From Antechinus flavipes (Eukaryota), in assembly GCF_016432865.1 (NCBI RefSeq), contig NC_067398.1, positions 177,134,001 to 177,198,000 of the forward strand: 64,000 nucleotides of DNA. Reading direction: 5' to 3'. Under the pieces are notes generated by a model, which searched no databases, had not been told where the DNA came from, and saw nothing but the letters and a program-made list of their open reading frames with translations. This document shows positions 1-12,799 of the stretch, one piece after another (positions within the stretch are counted from its first letter, which is position 1; every line of letters begins with the position of its first letter). The position numbers were made by a program, and so were the translations under genes.

Positions 1-169
1 TTTAAATTCTTTTTATAAGGAAAGACAATTTTTTTTTGCCATGTCAGTTTGATTTACTGCTTTCTTTCCTAAAATTTAGTGCTATTTTATATACTATTTT
101 GGAAATATAGTGGCAATTACTTGATGATGGTTGCAGTCTTCATGATAAATATAAGACCATCACACAAAC

Positions 170-760
170 AACTGAAACTTATGTGCTAGCATCATTGGAA
201 GAGGATAAAGGAAGAAAGAAAAATTCCATGTAGAACTCAAACAGGATTCTATGGATGACATCAACATACTCTGTGCCTTGAACATATTTAATATTTCAAT
301 GGATCTGTGACCTAATGAATTTTGGAGTTCATTCCAATAATACAGGTCACAAGATGTAGTGTTTGTCTCAGATGTGTATGCTATGGGACAAACTTTGTTG
401 GATCTTCTTTCGGATGTATGGTGAAACCAGGCCACAAACATTAGTTATCCATTTGGTGTTTCCTGTGTAGACGAATAGATTAAGCTCCTTTGAATGATTA
501 TAGATCTTTTCTAAAAAGTTTTATAATATTTGGGGATTTGATGCATTCAGGATAATATTAGTGGCCAATACTTTTTGTTGAGCATTTATCTCCCTATCTT
601 CTGTTTCACCTGATTTTTTTTTTATCAGAGGATTATTAAACAGCATTTTTTGTTTTTGTTTTTTCTGTTACTACATCTTCTAAGTAATCCTGAAGTTGGA
701 TAGGAGGTACTTTCCCATAAAAGAACCTATAAAGCACTGTTCTGATCCTCTAAATCAAAT
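170..760 (+). mobile_element. Highly decayed non-LTR retrotransposon RT relic, possibly L1/Tx1 clade
   Basis: Manual translation gives TYVLASL, SMDDINILC (ATG GAT GAC at 251-259, YxDD-like), IKLL*MII and RIILVANTFLLS in RT order, with stops and frameshifts. Confidence 0.45.
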
Positions 761-900
761 GCTTTTCCCCATAATCAACAAATAATGAGCAAAATAGGAC
801 CTCATATTCTCTTCACCTCTTAATTGTGAAATATTATAGATGTGGACCATTATTATTTCTTGAGAAAATCTATTTATTCCTGATTTTTAACAACAATTCA

Positions 901-1131
901 TAGCACTGTGGATAGAGCACTGAGCCTAGAGTCTGAAAAACATTGGTTCAAATATGGTCTCAAACACTTAACTACCTGTGTGACCCTGAAAGTTACTTAA
1001 TCCTATTTGCCTCAATTTCCTCATCTTTAAAATAACCCAGAGAAAGAAATGGCAAACCTCTCCAATATCATTGCCAACAAAACCCTGAAAGGGATCATAA
1101 AGAGTCGAACACTACTGAAATGAGAGAACAA
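901..1131 (+). mobile_element. CORE-SINE, MAR1 type
   Basis: tRNA-like head (gtggatagagcactg...ggttcaaat), CORE (tgtgtgaccctg...cctcaatttcctcatct) and RTE-like tail (gaaatggcaaac...aagagtcgaacactactgaa). Confidence 0.85.
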
Positions 1132-1550
1132 TATCTTTGTTAAGAATGTTATTTGTTCACGTATAGATAACTTAATATACAGAGAAGAAAATGCTTAAGA
1201 ATTTGCCTATGTTTAGAGGATAATCTGCACAAATTGTAAGAGGCAGTTGGATTCTGTATAGATGATGGAGTCCTCCAGATCTCTATATATGAGGCTGACA
1301 TGAAGACTGCCTGAAATGCAATAATACAATAAGACTTTCTCTAATGAAATAACAGACTCTCAGAATCACAAAATTGGGAATTCAAAGAGAGAATCCAATG
1401 CAAACTGGAAAGGAATACCTGCTATAATATATGCAGCAAATAGCTACCTTGCCTTACTTTGCATGAAGGGTACTAACAAATCAATCTACCTTTGAACAGG
1501 TACCTTTGTCGATTCCTCTTTCTTTCTTTCTTTCTTTCTTCCTGCCTTTC

Positions 1551-1735
1551 NNNNNNNNNNNNNNNNNNNNNNNNNNNNNNNNNNNNNNNNNNNNNNNNNN
1601 NNNNNNNNNNNNNNNNNNNNNNNNNNNNNNNNNNNNNNNNNNNNNNNNNNNNNNNNNNNNNNNNNNNNNNNNNNNNNNNNNNNNNNNNNNNNNNNNNNNN
1701 NNNNNNNNNNNNNNNNNNNNNNNNNNNNNNNNNNN
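1551..1735. other. Assembly gap (N run) after a (TTTC)n tract
   Basis: 185 N. Confidence 1.
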
Positions 1736-1799
1736 AAATTTCATCTTACTTTATTTTTGGATCCTGGATGGATGATGTTATTTTTTTTTTCTAGTTTTA

Positions 1800-2450
1800 T
1801 GCCACTGGCAAATTTAAGGATCATGGCATCTTTGTCTTTATCAAAGTCATTAATAAAACTGTTAAATACCACAGATTCCTGGGATAATCCATTAGAGAAC
1901 TCATGATAAGTTGACATTGAATCATTGAAGATTATTCTTTGAGGCCAGGCATCAACTTTCCAAATTCATCTGATTGTTTTATTGTCTAGTACATATCTTC
2001 ATTTTTCTATAAGCATAGGATGAGAAACTTTATCAATGGTTTTTCTAAAATCTAGATTTACTATATTTATTAAATTCCCTATCTACTATTTAGTAATCTT
2101 GTTAAATAAAAAGAAAAAAGAAAAAGAAAAGCAAATAACTTTAAGCTGGTATAACTGTGTCCTTGATGAAGCCTTTCTAACTATTGGTAATCAATACTAA
2201 CCATCTCTTTAATAATCTATTTTAGAATTTCCCCATGTACTATAGGTTGTATAGCCTATATTCTCTTTCTTTCTTTGAAAATTATGGTCCCTATCATCTC
2301 TCCAAAAATATCTAGCTTTTTCTCTGTAATATTTCATATAATCATAATAGTGTCTCAGTTTCTATTCATTTAGTGTCCAATGAGACAGTTCATTTGGCCA
2401 GGTGATTTGAATTTATCAGGGTCAACTAAGTGCTTTCTTAATATCTCAAA
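1800..2450 (-). mobile_element. L3/CR1 LINE fragment
   Basis: Reverse complement near 2022-2058 translates NLDFRKTIDKVS, similar to CR1 YLDFSKAFDKVSH. Boundaries approximate. Confidence 0.65.
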
Positions 2451-2519
2451 AGAATTCCATAGAGGAAAATACATAAAAAGAAGAATATCCAGGTAATAGT
2501 ATGCAGCTGGATTATAGGC

Positions 2520-2860
2520 CATTGTCTCGGCTTATCTTGTGTTATTCTAATTTGCACAGGGATTACAGGTGTGCAGTGAGCTGAACCCCAGAACTGAATG
2601 CCAGAAATGGAATGAGTCAGATTGGCTTTTGGAAAATTTGTGGGATTTTTTTAATGATATCAAGTAATTGTTTGACCCCAAAATCCCATTTTTGTTGATG
2701 ATAACATTCTGATAATGCTATCAGGTTGTAAATAATAATAACACTACAATCTCTGAAGAATCAAAGCATTTATGACTTATTCACAAGCAGTGTCAAAGAA
2801 GACATTATCCAGGAAATGAATGATTAGAAAAGAGAATGGACTGGTCATGCAAATGAAAAC
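2520..2860 (+). mobile_element. Old RTE-clade LINE fragment
   Basis: gagctgaaccccagaactgaat...gattggcttttggaaaattt resembles the RTE ELGPELNRR..GWIAFGKL region; degenerate. Confidence 0.55.
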
Positions 2861-3039
2861 AAAAGATGACAGAATGTCTGAATACTATAGTGTTACCTAT
2901 AGAATGTTAAAAATAAAACAGCAACAAAAAAGGCCTTTATCATATTTATTTCTATAATCTATCTTCATGAGATCAAACATCCTCAGTGAAGACTGGCTAA
3001 ATATCTTCTTGACTCAGAGAATTAAGAAGTCTATAATGA

Positions 3040-3900
3040 ACAAACATTCAACATTCAATAGACACTTTTAAAGCATATATTATATGTGGACCACTGTTTA
3101 GGACTAGGAGAAATATAGACTCTAGTTAAGACACAGTAGCTGCTCTTATGGACATTACCATATAGTCAATATGTACTATATGTACTGTATATATACAATA
3201 CACATTATTGAAGATGTGAAAATGAGTAACTATGTAAAAATATTGAATGGCAATATATAAAGCAGAGTGCTATGAGAGTTGTCAAAAGGGAATAGGGGCA
3301 TGAGGATGAGCTTCATGGAAGAAGTAGCTTTGGTAGGAATTCACAGGGAAAGAATGAGGGAAGACTTTGGGGGAATAAGAAAAGGCATAGTTGAATGTTT
3401 TCACCTATGGAAACAGTGCATGCTCTATAAATAGAGCATGATATGGTTTGATTAGAGCTTACATATATGAAAGAAGAAAGTGGTAGGAAATAAAGTATAT
3501 TTTAGAGTTACAAAAGTTAAGTAAAGAAAAAGGAACTTCCCTTAATAGGCAATACTGAGCCATCAAAGTTTGATAAGCACTGCAGTGTTCCAACTAGATT
3601 TGCACATAAGGAAGATTGACTTGACCTTTAAATGGAACAAAGAGGAGAAAGTAAAGGTTGGAAAAAAAATTTAGGAGATGGTTGGGAGAGTCCTGGGGAC
3701 AATTATGAGGTTCCATACTAGGGTAGCTATAGGTGAAGTAGACAGGAGGAAACAGATATGAGAAATATTACAGAACTAGCATCAATAGGATTTGTTGACA
3801 TATTGAAGGAGAGATAAAGGAGAAGAAAAAATTACTAATCCCATGGTCTCAATCATGGGAGATTGGGAGACTGGTTGGATGGTACATTGAACAAAAATGA
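3040..3900 (-). mobile_element. L2 LINE 3' fragment
   Basis: Begins with an antisense L2 3' end (caaacattcaacattcaatagacac...), followed by purine-rich antisense L2 body. Confidence 0.65.
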
Positions 3901-4949
3901 AAACTATTAACAAAAGACATTGTATCATATTGCATATTAAAATATGACCACATTGTCTTAGATTTCAATCTCTGTTATTTTTATTACCTTGTTTATTTGT
4001 TAGCATGTTTTCTGCAGTCTGATAATTCAAAACATTTACCAAAAACATTTTTTGGGGGAAGAAACAATAACAGCAATAATAAATACCTCAAGAGATTGTT
4101 GATATAAACAAATGGTATATTGAAGGCTCATTTCTGATACAATATTTGTAATATACCTTCCAGATTAAGAATGCTTACATTAAAAATAGTATCTGCATTA
4201 GAGTTGGAAAGAAGCTTAGATGTCATCTTTTTCAACTCACTCATGTAGAGAGACAATGTTTTGTTTGTTTGTTTGTTTTTTAATTCTTTCCTTGAAAAAC
4301 TTCTCAATTTTTATAGCTTGGTTATTTTTGCATCATGTCAAGTTACCCATTTTTCATTTTAGACCAAAACATAAATACCAGAGGTATTTCTCTTCTAGCT
4401 CTGTCATGATTTTGTAACAATATTCCTAAGCTTTAGGGAATTACTATGTTTGGGAGAGGAGAGAAGCTATAGAGAGATAAAATTGCTCCATGGTTTTGAA
4501 AATAAAGTGGAAGTTCATTTTATTTTAATAACTTAGGGAAAAAATTTCATAACATCTGTTTAAATACCTGGAGACATCATCATAAACAACTAAAAACAAA
4601 AAATAGATTTTGGAATTAGTGCTTCAAAAGGTAAAGTTCATTGAATTTTTACACAACTTTAGATGGATTTTTTCATAAGATCAAAATCTTTCTGTCTGTA
4701 CTAAAGTAGTCAGTAGGTATATCATGGTAACATATTCTGCCTCTCTGAGCTGAATTTTTTCAACTATAAAATGGGAATGAAAATATTCAAGATCCCTTTA
4801 CTAGGCTATTGTGAGGAAAGCATTATCTTTTTAAGGTATCTCTCTGTGTCTATCTCTATCTCTCTCCCACTTTGTGTATGTGTGTACATATATAAAATAT
4901 ATTGTATTTTATATATTATATGGATAATTTAGGTTATAATTACTATTAT

Positions 4950-5171
4950 TGAGAGTGAACTAGATAAAGACCAGGCCTGGAGTCAGGAAAACTCATTTTT
5001 CTGAGTTCAAATCTGACCTCAGACACTTACTAGCAGTGTGACCCTGGGCAAGTCATTTACCCTATTTGTCTCAGTATCCTCCTCTGTAAAATTAGCAAAA
5101 GAAGAAAGAAAACTCCAAATAGAGTCATGAAGAGTTGAACACAATTGAAGAATAACTTAATAAAACAACAA
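4950..5171 (+). mobile_element. CORE-SINE, MAR1 type
   Basis: ctggagtcaggaaaac...gagttcaaatctgacctcagacacttactagcagtgtgaccctgggcaagtca; tail gagtcatgaagagttgaacacaattgaa. Confidence 0.85.
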
Positions 5172-5194
5172 CATTAACGAATACAACATATTAT

Positions 5195-5420
5195 TGATCG
5201 GATGTGTAGCATGATGGTGGCTAAAGAGCTGACCCCAGAGTAAAAAAAGACAGCTGTAGGTCTTGCCTCTGAAGTATACTGGCTATGTGGTCTGGACAAT
5301 TCACATAACCTTTTGGTACCGCTAAGTAACTCTCCAAGATAGCAGAATACAGAGTATCCCAATGTATACTGGTATAGAAAATTTCTCATTAGGAGCCCTT
5401 TATACCAATGAAATTAGAGA
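5195..5420 (+). mobile_element. Older marsupial CORE-SINE (WALLSI4/MdoRep1-like)
   Basis: tRNA-like head plus tail ...ggtatagaaaatttctcattaggagccctttataccaatgaaat. The same tail type recurs near 35460-35700 and 46480-46700. Confidence 0.55.
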
Positions 5421-5421
5421 T

Positions 5422-5423
<2 letters not shown>

Positions 5424-5454
<31 letters not shown>
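5424..5454. repeat. (TA)n microsatellite
   Basis: Direct reading. Confidence 0.95.
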
Positions 5455-5459
<5 letters not shown>

Positions 5460-5667
5460 GTTATCATATATGTGATATGATAAAGAGATTTGACATTATA
5501 ATATGATACCATTGCCTTCCTTTTTGTGGGAGCAAAATTATAAGCAAAACATTCATCATGATTACTTCCTGCAATTACAAAAAGTCCATGTTGTTTCTGA
5601 GAAAAATTATCCTTTCTTATTTTCTAATGTTCAGTAGCACGACAAATAAAATAATATAGACCAAATC

Positions 5668-6081
5668 TGTAATGGGCTGAGGCTTGAGTTGATGCACTGA
5701 GATCCCAAGCACATGAGGCTAAATAGTAATTGGATCATACTCTATTAATATATAAGCTTGGAGAAAGAATGGCCCCCACCAACTCTTTGTGCAAGTTCTG
5801 ATGTGTTGTATAGGAAATGCCGATTTTGGTGGGTGGAGGCAAGGGAGTGGAAAAGGAAGAAGGAGAAACTGTTTGCTTTTGCCATTGAGATGGTTTGCTC
5901 AGCTCAGATCTCTCTCTGTTAGCTAGCTTCCTGTCGCAGCTGCCCATATTGCTATCGCAATCTTTCTTGCCCATATTGCTATTGCAATCCTTATTCATCT
6001 CTTCACTTCAATAAATATTGAAGATTTTCCCCTTAACCTGAATTCCTGACTCCGGCTGATTTTAAATACGCGGTCATTATA
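5668..6081 (+). mobile_element. Solo LTR, 414 bp, ERVK-like
   Basis: Termini TGTAATG...CATTATA (terminal CA read as TA). Perfect 6-bp TSD CAAATC at 5662-5667 and 6082-6087. TATA-like aatatataag near 5747, AATAAA near 6010, and a 23-bp direct repeat at 5941 and 5968. Confidence 0.85.
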
Positions 6082-6239
6082 CAAATCTCCCCAAATCTTG
6101 CCTAATTCTCATAGAAAAGGATTAAGAGAAATGTATCATAACATATATGGTAAAACATAGAAACTGTAGAAAGCCTACAGATAATGTAGGCTAGTCAGTA
6201 TATGCCCCGAAACTTCCCTGAGGACTGCATTGCCTGTGC

Positions 6240-7490
6240 TGATCTTTTCTAAGAGTTGTTTTATTTTAAAACTAATAAGTCTAAGATGGTCATTGAGACA
6301 GAATGTGTGGTGACTAGTTGAATCATCCTTTCACTTAATCAGAAACCTGGGAGAAGAATCTGTGAAAAAAAAAAGGAGAATCTATCCTAAGGTATAAGGC
6401 AAAAATTGTATCGATCTGTAGCTAAAGAGATTCTTAATTTTTTAAAGTTTTTACCAATTTTATAGGTTAGTTATTTCACAGATGTAATAATAGCTTCTAC
6501 TAATGCCTATATCTATTCTTTGAGATTCTTCCTAACATTTTCCTGTGACATTGTTATAGAAGACATATCCAATAAGCTAGAGAGTTTTCTCCCATTCTGG
6601 GATGGCAGTGGGAATGCATCACTACATTAGTCAGGCTATCTGTTTATTGTCTCTTCTTAATATATGATTGACCCATCTCTTTCAGAGAGTTTTATTGCAT
6701 GCAGGTTGTCATTGACAACATGCTACAATCTGCTTTTGTCCACTAGGCACCTATTTGTTTTTCTTTGAGTTATTTGAAATTTTATTTCTTCCAAGATCAT
6801 GGGGTTTCTTGACTTGAAGCCATATAATATCACAGGGTGAAAAATAATTTTACTAAAAAAAGACTTTGCTTATTAAAGAATCATTGAACATAGTTCCATT
6901 TACCTTGTAATCCAGGCTGATATCCTCTTGCTACTGGCTTCTGGGCCTAATATTATATGTATATTCACCTTTCTAAATATATATATATATATTAATGGAC
7001 TATGCCAGCATAAGGACATCAACCATTCAACTCAATGTCATGATAGGTTGCATTTCTCAGCCATTTTATTTTTGTAGAGTGGATTCTCTCTTACATTGAT
7101 ATGGAATTCATCATAGAAGCTTTTCAGGGCTCCTAAAGTCAATGTAGAATGTTATTTCTCAAAAGCATATATCTAGATCCTATCAACAATCATTTTGTTT
7201 ACATGTGTCTTTAGAGAAATCTTTGATAATCATATCACATATTTACCACCTTGTTTAATAATGATATTCAGAGCATCATTGAATAGTTTTTTTCTGTAAA
7301 TGCAAATATCTGAAAATCCTTTGATATGTACATAGAAGATACTTTGTTGGTGGAGAGCCTTCAAAGACAAAGACAAAAAAAGACTTTTTTAAAATTGAGA
7401 AACAACAAACCCATTGACATATCAATAATTCATAATCAATTGGACACAATGAATGTAGTAAAGATTGCCTTGATCCTATAGAAAATCATT
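6240..7490 (-). mobile_element. Old RTE-clade LINE, RT region, decayed
   Basis: Minus-strand translations such as LKALHQQS...LFNDALNIIIKQG and ILGPEASSKRISAW match RTE RT/post-RT motifs, with many lesions. Confidence 0.65.
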
Positions 7491-7520
7491 TACAAAACTC
7501 TGCCTTGTTTCCTTTTCATA

Positions 7521-7695
7521 GGATAATAGATTTAGAGATAGCAGGAAACTTAGAGACCATCAAATCCAATCGATTTATTTTACAAATTGAGAAAATGAGA
7601 CTTAGGCTGCTTAAATGATTTGACCAGTCATACAGCTTGTGTCTGAGGTATGATTCAAACTCAGGTTTTTCAGACTTCATTTCAAACACTCTATC
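7521..7695 (-). mobile_element. MIR-type SINE
   Basis: Antisense MIR tail and core (ggaaacttagagaccatcaaatccaa...ttttacaaattgagaaaatgagact). Confidence 0.75.
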
Positions 7696-7719
7696 AGCCC
7701 TCTAGTTCACATTTCCATT

Positions 7720-7866
7720 TGTTGTTGTTCAGTTATTTTCAGGCATGTCCAACTTTTTGAGCCCCTTTCTGGGATTTTTTTGGGAGAGATGCTGGAATGG
7801 TTCGCCATTTTCTTCTCCATTCATTTTACAGATAAGGAAACTGAGGCAAACAGGGTTAAGTGACTT
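7720..7866 (-). mobile_element. MAR1 SINE, 5' truncated
   Basis: ctggaatggttcgccattttcttctcc...gaaactgaggcaaacagggttaagtgactt. Confidence 0.8.
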
Positions 7867-8959
7867 ACTCAGAGACATAGGGGTAGTAACTATCTATAGC
7901 CAGACAGATCTTCTCTAAGCATTCTTTCCAATGCTCCACCAAGCCTGCCACATTTCCTTTTAGGAAGAACTTAACATCAAGCATGTCCATTCTTATGCAG
8001 ATTTTATGAACAATGAAAAATATACAAATGATATGGATTTGGTAGTTGGCTACTTTCTGTTGGTAGCTGACTTTATTAATTTTTTTTTTTTTGGGGGGAA
8101 GGGACGTAAAAGTGCCATCCATGTTAAAGGCAACATAGTACAATGAAAGTGTGTTCAAATTCCAAGTCTGATATTTATTACTTCAGTGGTGTTGGGAAAG
8201 TTATTTCAATTCTCTGGTCCACTGTTTCCTCTTTTATACAATGAGAACATGTAATAGATATGCTATTAAGTCCTTTGCTTCTTTCTAGCTCTAAATTTAT
8301 GATCTTATGATTTTTTCCTGCAACTTTCAAATTATTCCCTCCTTGATCTCACAGTTTGCACTTTAAAATTCCTTATTCAATCAAAACTATGTCACCTCCA
8401 CCATGGCCTTCTTTCATATATACTGGTACTGAGTTAGCTGCTTTCCCTGGTTTTACCTAAGTAACCTGTGAAAGTTCGAGTCAGGGAGGAAGACATGGGT
8501 TCAAAGTTGGCTTCTTATTCATTTGGCAGTTTACTTTCATCTGCCTGAAACTCAATGTCTTCATCTATAAAATGTGGAAAATAAAATCTGTGTTACCCAC
8601 CTTACTTCTGAGCTTGAGTCTCAAAAGAAATTAGATGCTCCACGAACTTTGAACTCCTATATATATGTATATTTCAGCTATTGTTGGTATTGATATTTGT
8701 CCATTATACACAGAAAAAAAAAAAAAAAACTGATGTAGCAATCCCACTGGTATTCCTCATGGAAATACATTGCTATAAAAATTCTAGCAATCTGTTTCCA
8801 TAAGCTTGTTTTTTTGTTTTTTCTTCTATTTTTTTTTTCTTTATCACATTAATTTCTGGAATCTTAGTGTAGTGACTTCTGCATTTATCTTATGAAATCT
8901 CTAAACAAATCATGAATTTCATCTATAATAGTCTGGGCTAAAACACCTCCCACACAGAG

Positions 8960-9085
8960 AGATTACTACCCCATTCCAGGTTTAACAATTCTAATTGATA
9001 GAAAGATTTCTTTAGATTATATTAAGCTGAAATCTGCTTTTCTGTCACTTTGCTCCTTTGCTCCTTGGCTATCTTCTCATCTGCT
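8960..9085 (-). mobile_element. L3/CR1 3' fragment
   Basis: ccattccaggtttaacaattctaattgatagaaagatttc...aaatctgcttttctg resembles antisense L3. Confidence 0.5.
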
Positions 9086-10713
9086 GTCCTGCTGCTGCAC
9101 CTTTAGATCAGATGCTGTGCTCAGGAGCGCTTAACTTTGAATTGTGGAACTCTACCATGCTAATTGGTGAGTGCTTAATGTGGCATCAGCCATGCTTTAC
9201 TTTGATAGCTTGCCATGATTTTGCCAGATCTCATGTGCATACCTTATAGTTCTGTAAGCATAATCTAAACAATACTACTATGGTCATGGGAAAGAATGTC
9301 AGTCTACTCCCTACATTTTAGTCGCTGTTCCTGTAAATTTCCAAATCAAAATCTCTTTGTTGTTAGCACTTCCTTTTGTGTTTTATCTCTTCATTGGAAT
9401 GTAAGGTCCTTGAATCAGAGACTGCCTTCATTTTGTATTTGTACATAGTACACAGCACTTAGTACATAGCAAACACTTTAATGAATATTTTTTCATTCAT
9501 TCACTGCATCCATTGATTCCAATTCTAAACTTTGATGTGAAGTAAAACATCTAATTTCTCTTTTATATGACAAACCCTCAACATATTTGAGGCTAGCTAT
9601 TTTGTATTGACTGCATTTTTATTTCTCCTGACTAAACAACCCCATTTCCTTCCATGATCCTTATATGACTTGACTTCAAATTCCCTCATCTCTCATACAC
9701 ATGCTCCAGCTTGTCAATATCCCTTTTAAACTGTGACATCCAGAACTAAGTACTATATTCCATGATAAGGGAGTTGAGTAAGTGGGTGGCTGTGTGAATT
9801 AGATAGAAAGAGTCATGCTCCCAGAAGAATTCTTAATTAGAATTAGACAAATAACTAAGGACAAAATCACTTACCAAGTATTTCACTTTCCTATATAAAT
9901 ACAAAATGGACTGCTTCATTACTTACTTCTTAATCTGGCATTTAAGGAAATCTCTAAGATGATTCCAACTTAATCTCCCACTCTAATTGTGGAAGACTGA
10001 GAATAGGTTAATAGTGTAGACTTCATATGGTAAGCAACTCATTAAAAAAAAAAAAAGAGGGGTAAAGTAATGAGGAAAAAAGTGGCATTATTATAATTAT
10101 GATTTTGGAAGATTAATCTGGTAGTATTTTGTGGAGGAAGGAGAAATATTGAGGTACTGGTGAGTGCTGAGATATTGATTAGATGTTAGTTAACAGACTA
10201 TTGCAATAGTCTAATATAGAGGCACTAAGAGCTTGCATAAAAGTGGTAGCAATGGGAGAGGGGAAGAGGAAACAGATTCAACATATGCAGTGAATATAGC
10301 TCTCAGCAACTAAGTGGATGCTGAAGTAAGGAAGAAAGAGGGGTCATAGGACAGTGAAATTTTTGAACCTGAGTGACTGAGAGGATAGTAGTGCCTTTAA
10401 CAGAAAAAGGGAAATCAGGAGGAGCTGTTTATTTTGTATAGAAAAATGAGGTTATTTTATTTTGGCTGCAGCAAAGTTGAGATACAAGCAATACATTCAG
10501 ATGGATGTATTCAGGATATAGTCAGAGATGCATATACTACAATTCATGCTCTATGCAGCTAAGAATTGTTTTATTCATTGTATTTGTACCTCCAGCACTT
10601 AACACTGTGCCCATACATAGAAGGAACTTGATGATGTTTATCGATTAATTGATGTGAGCTTTGGAGAGATCATGAATAAGGATTTAGGAGTCATTTGCAT
10701 GGAGATGTTAATT

Positions 10714-10844
10714 NNNNNNNNNNNNNNNNNNNNNNNNNNNNNNNNNNNNNNNNNNNNNNNNNNNNNNNNNNNNNNNNNNNNNNNNNNNNNNNNNNNNNNN
10801 NNNNNNNNNNNNNNNNNNNNNNNNNNNNNNNNNNNNNNNNNNNN
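10714..10844. other. Assembly gap within L2-derived sequence
   Basis: 131 N. Confidence 1.
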
Positions 10845-11820
10845 ACTTAGTGTAAATTCATACTTACTTTACTTACATTAAGGGGAGGTAGAAGACGAGG
10901 AGCATATAAAGAAATGATGATAGGTAGTCAGAGACAAAGGAAAATAAAAAAAGTTCACAGTCATGGAAATTAAAAGTTAATACAGTTTCATAGAAGAGGA
11001 TTAAAAAAAAGACCAATTAATTTATGTGAAAAATATTATGAGAAACAATAAATATACTGCTCTACATTCCTATTATTTTTTCATATTTTTATAACTTGGG
11101 GCATATTACTATGCCCCAACCTCCAAAAAATCCCTATCAGGTTAAATGGGGCCCCCAAAAAAAGATTTTGAGGGAGTTTTGAGGTTTTGGTATATCTACC
11201 TTGCCTTAGAAATCTCCAAAAAGGCTGATTTGCTGAATACCAAACAGAAGAATAAACTAGAAAGGAGAACTAATATGCAACAAATTTTATTTTAGCCTCA
11301 TTGTCTGATTTCTAAGAGGTCAGATGACTATTTTAGTACCTTGGGTACAAGGACATGCACTTATATGTTTCTTGGCAAGTGACCACCATCATTGTTTTAA
11401 ATGTTTTCCCAATGCGTTGATTTAACACCTAACAATCCAAGCCAAGTGACTAGCACAGATTTCAAAATCAATGTGTTCAAGGGTTCTTCATTTCTTTCTT
11501 TCTTTCTTTTTTTTTTCTTTACTGTTGTCTGGGGGTTTGGGTTGCTGTCTGACTGAGATTGTGAGAACATTACTGAGAACACAGCTATAAATAAGTAACT
11601 TTGTTTACAGGAACTGACTGGGGAACTGGACTTGTACCACCTGCCATTGGGCTGATGCTGAGAAGAGGCAAGAAAGGGGTTTCATTCCCTTAAGGTAATG
11701 CAAATGAGTCAATCTACTGACCCCTTATTTTACTTCTGTGTTTTGTTTTTGTTTTTGTTTTTGCTTTTTTAAAAAACCAAAGCATATATATCTCTGTCCC
11801 CTCTGCTGGATATCTGACTA

Positions 11821-12075
11821 TTTTGGAACAAGCAGAATTGTTCCAGAATTACAGAAAGTCCCAAATAGAGATGTCCTTATGTCACACATAACAAAAAATT
11901 AAGAAATGTGTTTAAGAGATGAGGACAAACATGGAAACTTATCTAATATAAAACCCATTAAAAACTTAAGGGCTAAAAATCAAGGCTACAGAATGCTCTT
12001 CTCTATGACACCTGGTCATCTTGAATTCCTAGCTCTTTAAGAACTCTTATTGTATGAGAAATTAAAGAATTGGGT
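11821..12075 (+). mobile_element. Tc1-type transposase fragment (C-terminal part)
   Basis: Translates IVPELQK (from 11837) and GNLSNIKPIKNL (from 11933), similar to Tc1 GNSPDLNPIENL. 38/41 identical to 13555-13595. Confidence 0.65.
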
Positions 12076-12799
12076 AGGATGTACTGCAGAACTATATAAG
12101 GTAGCTCTGCTCAGGAGTATTTTTAATCAATATTAATCGATAAACATTTATTAAATGCCTACTATGTGCCTGAATTAAAAATAACTAACTGAAAAACTTC
12201 ATTCCTACTTTAGGATTTTAAATTTAAGCAAACTAAATTATTTCAATGCTGTGGGTCATAAAGTCTGGTATGGTTGGATTTCTCATTTGAAAGAAGGTGG
12301 GGAACGGGTAGAGCATTAATAAACCTATTTCAGTTTTCATTGTGTAAATTAATTTAGAAAAGCGATAATTTGGACATGTTTTATTTTGTATTTTTCCTTT
12401 TAAACTTAAATACAAAAGTATGAAAAAATACATTGGCATTTGCATAGCAGAACATGAGAGAATTCAAAATATAAAACATTACATTTCTATTTCAAGAAAG
12501 CTTATGAAATAAATATTAAATTTATAATGGAATATGTTCTTATTTTGTGATAGCAATGGTCATTCATATGCACTTCTAATGATACCAAGCTTACTTAAAA
12601 TGCCTAACCCTGACCAATTATAACTGGGTTAAGCTGGCATCCCTATAATTAGCTTTTTCATATGTTGGATTTTTGTGCCTTGAGATGTGCTACAGCACTC
12701 TTTTTATTATTTATAAATAATAAATATATTTATATTTATTGTTATGCTTATGTTTTAAAGCAACAATTCTGTTGCTTCTGAGCATGGATATGATCCTCA

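Noticed and set aside
1481-1794. ORFs spanning N runs (also 10654, 20237, 20355, 30217)
   Set aside because: Artefacts of translating assembly gaps.
12601-12650. Left TIR of the Tc1 relic
   Set aside because: Only aatt..aactggg matches the right end; too weak to set the boundary.
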